Assembly: GCA_964016885.1 (NCBI GenBank)
Contig: CAXHJY010000096.1
Span: 1,488,001-1,552,000 of the forward strand
DNA from: Eledone cirrhosa
Lineage: Eukaryota
Direction of reading: 5' to 3'
Length of the DNA stretch: 64,000 bases
Part shown: positions 55,101-64,000 of the stretch, piece after piece
How the letters are laid out: the number at the start of each line of letters is the position of its first letter
Position numbering within the stretch: position 1 is the first letter of the stretch
Made by a program: the position numbers and the translations under genes
Notes under the pieces: generated by a model
Told to the model about the DNA's origin: nothing
Database searches by the model: none
The model's input: only the letters and a program-made list of their open reading frames with translations

Positions 55101-58100
55101 TATAATTTCCAGCCGTCCAAGGGGAGATAATTTTCAGCCGTCCAAGGAGAGGTAATTTCTAGCCGTCCAAGGAGAGATAATTTCCAGCCGTCCAAGGGGA
55201 GATAATTTCCAGCCGTCCAAGGGGAGATAATTTCCAGCCGTCCAAGGAGACATATTTTCCAGCCGTCCAAGGAGAGGTAATTCCTAGCCGTCCAAGGGGA
55301 GATAAATTCCAGCCTCCAAGGGGAGATAATTTCCAGCCAGCCAAGGGGAGATAATTTGTAAAAAAAATCAGGGGGAGATAATTTGTAAAAAAAATCAGGG
55401 GGAGATAATTTGTAAAAAAAAATCAGGGGGAGATAATTTGTAAAAAATAATCAGGGGGAGATAATTTGTAAAAAAAATCAAGGGGAGATAATTTCCAGCC
55501 GTCCAAGGGGAGATAATTTTCAGCCGTCCAAGGGGAGATAATTTCCCGCCAGCCAAGGGAAGATAATATTTAAAAAAATTAGGCGGAGATAATTTGTAAA
55601 AAAAATCAGGGGGAGATAATTTGTAAAAAAATCAGGGGGAGATAATTTGTAAAAAAAATCAGGGGGAGATAATTTGTAAAAAAAATCAGGGGGAGATAAT
55701 TTGTAAAAAAAAATCAGGGGGAGATAATTTGTAAAAAAAATCAAGGGGAGATAATTTCCAGCCGTCCAAGGGAAGATAATTTCCAGCCCTCCAAGGGGCT
55801 ATAATTTCCAGCGTCCAAGGGGAGATAATTTCCAGCCAGCGAAGGGGAGATAATTTTTTTTAAAAAATCATTGGGAGATTTGTAAAAAAAATCAGGGGGA
55901 GATAATTTGTAAAAAAAATCAAGGGGAGATAATTTCCAGCCGTCCAAGGGGAGGTAATATCTAGCCGTCCAAGGGGAGATAATTTCCAGCCGTCCAAGGG
56001 GAGATAATTTCCAGCCGTCCAAGGGTAGATAATATCCAGCCGTCCAAGGACATATTTTCCAGCCGTCCAAGGAGAGGTAATTTCTAGCCGTCCAAGGGGA
56101 GATAAATTCCAGCCTCCAAGGTGAGATAATTTCCAGCCAGCCAAGGGGAGATAATTTGTAAAAAAATCAGGGGGAGATAATTTGTAAAAAAAATCAGGGG
56201 GAGATAATTTGTAAAAAAAAATCAGGGGGAGATAATTTGTAAAAAAAATCAGGGGGAGATAATTTGTAAAAAAAAATCAGGGGGAGATAATTTGTAAAAA
56301 AAATCAAGGGGAGATAATTTCCAGCCGTCCAAGGGGAGATAATTTCCCGCCAGCCAAGGGAAGATAATATTTAAAAAAATCAGGCGGAGATAATTTGTAA
56401 AAAAAATCAGGGGGAGATAATTTGTAAAAAAATCAGGGGGAGATAATTTGTAAAAAAAAAATCAGGGGGAGATAATTTGTAAAAAAAATCAGGGGGAGAT
56501 AATTTGTAAAAAAAAATCAGGGGTAGATAAATTGTAAAAAAAAATCAGGGGGAGATAATTTGTAAAAAAAATCAGGGGGAGATAATTTGTAAAAAAAATG
56601 AAAGGGGAGATAATATCCAGCCGTCCAAGGGGAGATAATTTCCAGCCGTCCAAGGGGAGATAATTTCCAGCCGTCCAAGGGGAGATAATTTCCATCCTTC
56701 CAAGGGGATATAATTTCCAGCCGTCCAAGGGGAGATAATTTCCCGCCAGCCAAGGGAAGATAATTTTTAAAAAAATCAGGCGGAGATTGTAAAAAAAATC
56801 AGGGGGGAGATAATTTGTAAAAAAATCAGGGGGAGATAATTTGTAAAAAATAATCAGGGGGAGATAATTTGTAAAAAAAAATCAAGGGGAGATAATTTCC
56901 AGCCGTCCAAGGGGAGATAATTTCCCGCCAGCCAAGGGAAGATAATATTTAAAAAAATTAGGCGGAGATAATTTGTAAAAAAAATCAGGGGGAGATAATT
57001 TGTAAAAAAATCAGGGGGAGATAATTTGTAAAAAAAATCAGGGGAAGATAATTTGTAAAAAAAATCATGGGGAGATAATTTGTAAAAAAAAATCAGGGGT
57101 AGATAATTTGTAAAAAAAAATCAGGGGGAGATAATTTGTAAAAAAAAATCAGGGGGAGATAATTTGTAAAAAAAATCAAGGGGAGATAATTTCCAGCCGT
57201 CCAAGGGGAGATAATTTTCAGCTGTCCAAGGAGAGGTAATTTCTAGCCGTCCAAGGGGAGATAATTTCCAGCCGTCCAAGGGGAGGTAATTTCCAGCCGT
57301 CCAAGGGGAGATAATTTAAAAAAAAAAATCAGGCGGAGATAATTTGTAAAAAAAATCAAGGGGAGATAATTTGCAGCCGTCCAAGGGGAGATAATTTTCA
57401 GTCGTCCAAGGAGAGGTAATTTCTAGCCGTCCAAGGGGAGATAATTGCCAGCCGTCCAAGGGGAGATAATTTCCAGCCGTCCAAGGGGAGATAATTTTTT
57501 TTAAAAAATCAGGCGGAGATAATTTGTAAAAAAAATCAGGGGGAGATAATTTGTAAAAAAAATCAGGGGGAGATAATTTTTTAAAAAAAAATCAGGGGTA
57601 GATAATTTGTAAAAAAAAATCAGGGGGAGATAATTTGTAAAAAAAATCAAGGGGAGATAATTTCCAGCCGTCCAAGGGAAGATAATTTCCAGCCCTCCAA
57701 GGGGCTATAATTTCCAGCGTCCAAGGGGAGATAATTTCCAGCCAGCGAAGGGGAGATAATTTTTTAAAAAAAATCATTGGGAGATTTGTAAAAAAAATCA
57801 GGGGGAGATAATTTGTAAAAAAAATCAAGGGGAGATAATTTCCAGCCGTCCAAGGGGAGGTAATATCTAGCCGTCCAAGGGTAGATAATTTCCAGCCGTC
57901 CAACGGGAGATAATTTCCAGCCGTCCAAGGGTAGATAATATCCAGCCGCCCAAGGACATATTTTCCAGCCGTCCAAGGAGAGGTAATTTCTAGCCGTCCA
58001 AGGGGAGATAATTTCCAGCCGTCTAAGGTTAGATAATATCCAGCCGTCCAAGGACATATTTTCCAGCCGTCCAAGGAGAGGTAATTTCTAGCCGTCCAAG

Positions 58101-61100
58101 GGGAGATAAATTCCAGCCTCCAAGGGGAGATAATTTCCAGCCAGCCAAGGGGAGATAATTTGTAAAAAAATCAGGGGGAGATAATTTGTAAAAAAAATCA
58201 GGGGGAGATAATTTGTAAAAAAAAATCAGGGGGAGATAATTTGTAAAAAAAAATCAGGGGGAGATAATTTGCAAAAAAAATCAGGGGGAGATAATTTGTA
58301 AAAAAAAATCAGGGGTAGATAATTTGTAAAAAAAAATCAGGGGAGATAATTTGTAAAAAAAATCAAGGGGAGATAATTTCCAGCCGTCCAAGGAGAGATA
58401 ATTTTAAAAAAAATCAGGCGGAGATAATTTGTAAAAAAAAATCAGGGGGAGATAATTTGTAAAAAAAAATCAGGGGGAGATAATTTGTAAAAAAAAATCA
58501 GGGGGAGATAATTTGTAAAAAAAATCAGGAGGAGATAATTTGTAAAAAAAATCAAGGGGAGATAATTTCCAGCCGTCCAAGGAGAGATAATTTAAAAAAA
58601 AATCAGGCGGAGATAATTTGTAAAAAAAAATCAGGGGGAGATAATTTGTAAAAAAAAATCAGGGGGAGATAATTTGTAAAAAAAATCAAGGGGAGATAAT
58701 TTCCAGCCGTCCAAGGGGAGATAATTTTCAGCCGTCCAAGGGGAGATAATTTCCCGCCAGCCAAGGGAAGATAATATTCAAAAAAATCAGACGGAGATAA
58801 TTTGTAAAAAAAATCAGGGGGAGATAATTTGTAAAAAAATCAGGGGGAGATAATTTGTAAAAAAAAAAATCAGGGGGAGATAATTTTTAAAAAAAATCAG
58901 GGGGAGATAATTTGTAAAAAAAAATCAGGGGTAGATAATTTGTAAAAAAAAATCAGGGGGAGATAATTTGTAAAAAAAAATCAGGGGGAGATAACTTGTA
59001 AAAAAAATGAAAGGGGAGATAATATCCAGCCGTCCAAGGGGAGATAATTTCCAGCCGTCCAAGGGGAGATAATTTCCAGCCGTCCAAGGGGAGATAATTT
59101 CCATCCTTCCAAGGGGATATAATTTCCAGCCGTCCAAGGGGAGATAATTTCCATCCTTCCAAGGGGATATAATTTCCAGCCGTCCAAGGGGAGATAATTT
59201 TCAGCCGTCCAAGGAGAGGTAATTTCTAGCCGTCCAAGGAGAGATAATTTCCAGCCGTCCAAGGGGAGATAATTTCCAGCCGTCTAAGGGGAGATAATTT
59301 CCAGCCGTCCAAGGAGACATATTTTCCAGCCGTCCAAGGAGAGGTAATTCCTAGCCGTCCAAGGGGAGATAAATTCCAGCCTCCAAGGGGAGATAATTTC
59401 CAGCCAGCCAAGGGGAGATAATTTGTAAAAAAAATCAGGGGGAGATAATTTGTAAAAAAAATCAGGGGGAGATAATTTGTAAAAAAAAATCAGGGGTAGA
59501 TAATTTGTAAAAAATAATCAGGGGGAGATAATTTGTAAAAAAAATCAAGGGGAGATAATTTCCAGCCGTCCAAGGGGAGATAATTTTCAGCCGTCCAAGG
59601 GGAGATAATTTCCCGCCAGCCAAGGGAAGATAATATTTAAAAAAATTAGGCGGAGATAATTTGTAAAAAAAATCAGGGGGAGATAATTTGTAAAAAAATC
59701 AGGGGGAGATAATTTGTAAAAAAAATCAGGGGGAGATAATTTGTAAAAAAAATCAGGGGGAGATAATTTGTAGAAAAAAATCAGGGGGAGATAATTTGTA
59801 AAAAAAATCAAGGGGAGATAATTTCCAGCCGTCCAAGGGAAGATAATTTCCAGCCCTCCAAGGGGCTATAATTTCCAGCGTCCAAGGGGAGATAATTTCC
59901 AGCCAGCGAAGGGGAGATAATTTTTTTTAAAAAATCATTGGGAGATTTGTAAAAAAAATCAGGGGGAGATAATTTGTAAAAAAAATCAAGGGGAGATAAT
60001 TTCCAGCCGTCCAAGGGGAGGTAATATCTAGCCGTCCAAGGGGAGATAATTTCCAGCCGTCCAAGGGGAGATAATTTCCAGCCGTCCAATGGTAGATAAT
60101 ATCCAGCCGTCCAAGGACATATTTTCCAGCCGTCCAAGGAGAGGTAATTTCTAGCCGTCCAAGGGGAGATAAATTCCAGCCTCCAAGGTGAGATAATTTC
60201 CAGCCAGCCAAGGGGAGATAATTTGTAAAAAAATCAGGGGGAGATAATTTGTAAAAAAAATCAGGGGGAGATAATTTGTAAAAAAAAATCAGGGGGAGAT
60301 AATTTGTAAAAAAAATCAGGGGGAGATAATTTGTAAAAAAAAATCAGGGGGAGATAATTTGTAAAAAAAATCAAGGGGAGATAATTTCCAGCCGTCCAAG
60401 GGGAGATAATTTCCCGCCAGCCAAGGGAAGATAATATTTAAAAAAATCAGGCGGAGATAATTTGTAAAAAAAATCAGGGGGAGATAATTTGTAAAAAAAT
60501 CAGGGGGAGATAATTTGTAAAAAAAAAATCAGGGGGAGATAATTTGTAAAAAAAATCAGGGGGAGATAATTTGTAAAAAAAAATCAGGGGTAGATAAATT
60601 GTAAAAAAAAATCAGGGGGAGATAATTTGTAAAAAAAATCAGGGGGAGATAATTTGTAAAAAAAATGAAAGGGGAGATAATATCCAGCCGTCCAAGGGGA
60701 GATAATTTCCAGCCGTCCAAGGGGAGATAATTTCCAGCCGTCCAAGGGGAGATAATTTCCATCCTTCCAAGGGGATATAATTTCCAGCCGTCCAAGGGGA
60801 GATAATTTCCCGCCAGCCAAGGGAAGATAATTTTTAAAAAAATCAGGCGGAGATTGTAAAAAAAATCAGGGGGGAGATAATTTGTAAAAAAATCAGGGGG
60901 AGATAATTTGTAAAAAAAAATCAGGGGGAGATAATTTGTAAAAAATAATCAGGGGGAGATAATTTGTAAAAAAAAATCAAGGGGAGATAATTTCCAGCCG
61001 TCCAAGGGGAGGTAATATCTAGCCGTCCAAGGGGAGATAATTTCCAGCCGTCCAACGGGAGATAATTTCCAGCCGTCCATGGGTAGATAATATCCAGCCG

Positions 61101-64000
61101 CCCAAGGACATATTTTCCAGCCGTCCAAGGAGAGGTAATTTCTAGCCGTCCAAGGGGAGATAATTACAGCCGTCCAAGGGTAGATAATATCCAGCCGTCC
61201 AAGGACATATTTTCCAGCCGTCCAAGGAGAGGTAATTTCTAGCCGTCCAAGGGGAGATAAATTCCAGCCTCCAAGGGGAGATAATTTCCAGCCAGCCAAG
61301 GGGAGATAATTTGTAAAAAAATCAGGGGGAGATAATTTGTAAAAAAAATCAGGGGGAGATAATTTGTAAAAAAAAATCAGGGGGAGATAATTTGTAAAAA
61401 AAAATCAGGGGGAGATAATTTGCAAAAAAAATCAGGGGGAGATAATTTGTAAAAAAAAATCAGGGGTAGATAATTTGTAAAAAAAAATCAGGGGGAGATA
61501 ATTTGTAAAAAAAAATCAGGGGGAGATAATTTGTAAAAAAAATCAAGGGGAGATAATTTCCAGCCGTCCAAGGGAAGATAATTTCCAGCCCTCCAAGGGG
61601 CTATAATTTCCAGCGTCCAAGGGGAGATAATTTCCAGCCAGCGAAGGGGAGATAATTTTTTTTAAAAAATCATTGGGAGATTTGTAAAAAAAATCAGGGG
61701 GAGATAATTTGTAAAAAAAATCAAGGGGAGATAATTTCCAGCCGTCCAAGGGGAGGTAATATCTAGCCGTCCAAGGGGAGATAATTTCCAGCCGTCCAAC
61801 GGGAGATAATTTCCAGCCGTCCATGGGTAGATAATATCCAGCCGCCCAAGGACATATTTTCCAGCCGTCCAAGGAGAGGTAATTTCTAGCCGTCCAAGGG
61901 GAGATAATTTCCAGCCGTCCAAGGGTAGATAATATCCAGCCGTCCAAGGACATATTTTCCAGCCGTCCAAGGAGAGGTAATTTCTAGCCGTCCAAGGGGA
62001 GATAAATTCCAGCCTCCAAGGGGAGATAATTTCCAGCCAGCCAAGGGGAGATAATTTGTAAAAAAATCAGGGGGAGATAATTTGTAAAAAAAATCAGGGG
62101 GAGATAATTTGTAAAAAAAAATCAGGGGGAGATAATTTGTAAAAAAAAATCAGGGGGAGAAAATTTGCAAAAAAAATCAGGGGGAGATAATTTGTAAAAA
62201 AAAATCAGGGGTAGATAATTTGTAAAAAAAAATCAGGGGGAGATAATTTGTAAAAAAAAATCAGGGGGAGATAATTTGTAAAAAAAATCAAGGGGAGATA
62301 ATTTCCAGCCGTCCAAGGAGAGATAATTTAAAAAAAAATCAGGCGGAGATAATTTGTAAAAAAAAATCAGGGGGAGATAATTTGTAAAAAAAATCAGGGG
62401 GAGATAATTTGTAAAAAAAAATCAGGGGTAGATAATTTGTAAAAAAAAATCAGGGGGAGATAATTTGTAAAAAAAAATCAGGGGGAGATAATTTGTAAAA
62501 AAAATCAAGGGGAGATAATTTCCAGCCGTCCAAGGGGAGATAATTTTCAGCCGTCCAAGGGGAGATAATTTCCCGCCAGCCAAGGGAAGATAATATTCAA
62601 AAAAATCAGGCGGAGATAATTTGTAAAAAAAATCAGGGGGAGATAATTTGTAAAAAAATCAGGGGGAGATAATTTGTAAAAAAAAAAATCAGGGGGAGAT
62701 AATTTTTAAAAAAAATCAGGGGGAGATAATTTGTAAAAAAAAATCAGGGGTAGATAATTTGTAAAAAAAAATCAGGGGGAGATAATTTGTAAAAAAAAAT
62801 CAGGGGGAGATAATTTGTAAAAAAAATGAAAGGGGAGATAATATCCAGCCGTCCAAGGGGAGATAATTTCCAGCCGTCCAAGGGGAGATAATTTCCAGCC
62901 GTCCAAGGGGAGATAATTTCCATCCTTCCAAGGGGATATAATTTCCAGCCGTCCAAGGGGAGATAATTTCCATCCTTCCAAGGGGATATAATTTCCAGCC
63001 GTCCAAGGGGAGATAATTTTCAGCCGTCCAAGGAGAGGTAATTTCTAGCCGTCCAAGGAGAGATAATTTCCAGCCGTCCAAGGGGAGATAATTTCCAGCC
63101 GTCCAAGGGGAGATAATTTCCAGCCGTCCAAGGAGACATATTTTCCAGCCGTCCAAGGAGAGGTAATTCCTAGCCGTCCAAGGGGAGATAAATTCCAGCC
63201 TCCAAGGGGAGATAATTTCCAGCCAGCCAAGGGGAGATAATTTGTAAAAAAAATCAGGGGGAGATAATTTGTAAAAAAAATCAGGGGGAGATAATTTGTA
63301 AAAAAAAATCAGGGGGAGATAATTTGTAAAAAATAATCAGGGGGAGATAATTTGTAAAAAAAATCAAGGGGAGATAATTTCCAGCCGTCCAAGGGGAGAT
63401 AATTTTCAGCCGTCCAAGGGGAGATAATTTCCCGCCAGCCAAGGGAAGATAATATTTAAAAAAATTAGGCGGAGATAATTTGTAAAAAAAATCAGGGGGA
63501 GATAATTTGTAAAAAAATCAGGGGGAGATAATTTGTAAAAAAAATCAGGGGGAGATAATTTGTAAAAAAAATCAGGGGGAGATAATTTGTAAAAAAAAAT
63601 CAGGGGGAGATAATTTGTAAAAAAAATCAAGGGGAGATAATTTCCAGCCGTCCAAGGGAAGATAATTTCCAGCCCTCCAAGGGGCTATAATTTCCAGCGT
63701 CCAAGGGGAGATAATTTCCAGCCAGCGAAGGGGAGATAATTTTTTTTAAAAAATCATTGGGAGATTTGTAAAAAAAATCAGGGGGAGATAATTTGTAAAA
63801 AAAATCAAGGGGAGATAATTTCCAGCCGTCCAAGGGGAGGTAATATCTAGCCGTCCAAGGGGAGATAATTTCCAGCCGTCCAAGGGGAGATAATTTCCAG
63901 CCGTCCAAGGGTAGATAATATCCAGCCGTCCAAGGACATATTTTCCAGCCGTCCAAGGAGAGGTAATTTCTAGCCGTCCAAGGGGAGATAAATTCCAGCC
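40103..64000 (+). repeat. 40,102-bp higher-order repeat or segmental duplication, second copy (truncated by window end)
   Basis: Position 40103 begins TCAAGGGGAGATAATTTCCAGCCGTCCAAGGGAAG, as position 1 does. The window end (...AAATTCCAGCC) matches 23898. The offset is constant at all markers checked. Confidence 0.96.

Larger units (their letters stand above)
1..64000 (+). repeat. Composite tandem satellite of two interleaved monomer families (A 25 bp; B 26-30 bp) sharing the core GGGGAGATAATTT; extends beyond both window edges
   Basis: The core (G)GGGGAGATAATTT or a recognisable variant recurs every 23-30 bp from first to last base, always on the same strand. It is followed by either CCAGCCGTCCAA (A) or GT(A)nTCA (B). 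No inversion or foreign insert seen. Confidence 0.99.

Noticed and set aside
118-63956. The many minus-strand ORFs of 60-259 aa in the supplied track
   Set aside because: They are direct translations of the monomers in overlapping frames, and most start at non-ATG codons (for example TTG). The 25-bp unit and variable A-tracts do not preserve frame, and there is no recognisable domain or codon-position pattern.
1-64000. CRISPR-like layout (constant repeat plus variable spacer)
   Set aside because: The constant part is only 13 bp, and the spacers are 10-17 bp and fall into just two recurring classes, not unique sequences. No leader or cas genes are present.
1-64000. Telomeric repeat array (G-rich strand; 25-bp units occur in some yeasts)
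   Set aside because: A single telomerase template would not give two alternating unit types with inherited variants and kb-scale higher-order duplications. A subtelomeric satellite location is not excluded.
1-64000. Canonical G-quadruplex array
   Set aside because: G4-G5 runs are separated by about 21-24 nt, far beyond usual loop lengths. Only weak long-loop or intermolecular structures are plausible.
1-64000. Mobile element, LTR or inverted-repeat structure
   Set aside because: No terminal inverted repeats, target-site duplications, coding remnants or orientation switch were seen. All long repeats are direct and made of the same monomers.
1-64000. Purely synthetic or sequencing-noise concatemer
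   Set aside because: Variants are shared hierarchically between copies in a way consistent with descent by successive duplication, not random error. Only the 40,102-bp layer remains suspect as a possible assembly artefact.

Overview
The whole 64 kb window is one uninterrupted, single-orientation tandem satellite. I see no protein-coding gene, RNA gene, transposon, CRISPR array or unique-sequence island. It is built from roughly 2,400 short monomers (estimate: 64,000 bp / about 26 bp) of two families that share the 13-bp core GGGGAGATAATTT. Type A is 25 bp (GGGGAGATAATTTCCAGCCGTCCAA, GC-balanced, one CpG, internal quasi-palindrome). Type B is 26-30 bp (GGGGGAGATAATTTGT-A7..11-TCA, A-tract, no CpG in the consensus). 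A and B occur in alternating runs of 1 to about 17 monomers with stereotyped junction monomers. Recurrent variant monomers define reusable 0.15-0.5 kb modules, which are shuffled into nested duplications at offsets of 50, 98, 189, 498, 744, 1986, 4514, 6046/6200, 10976 and 11046 bp. The largest is a 40,102-bp repeat: 1-23898 recurs at 40103-64000 with no difference found in spot checks. All supplied ORFs are minus-strand read-throughs of the monomers and are not supported as genes. The organism and function cannot be determined from the sequence alone. A eukaryotic centromeric or heterochromatic satellite is the most parsimonious inference. Duplication boundaries were read by eye and are approximate unless stated otherwise.
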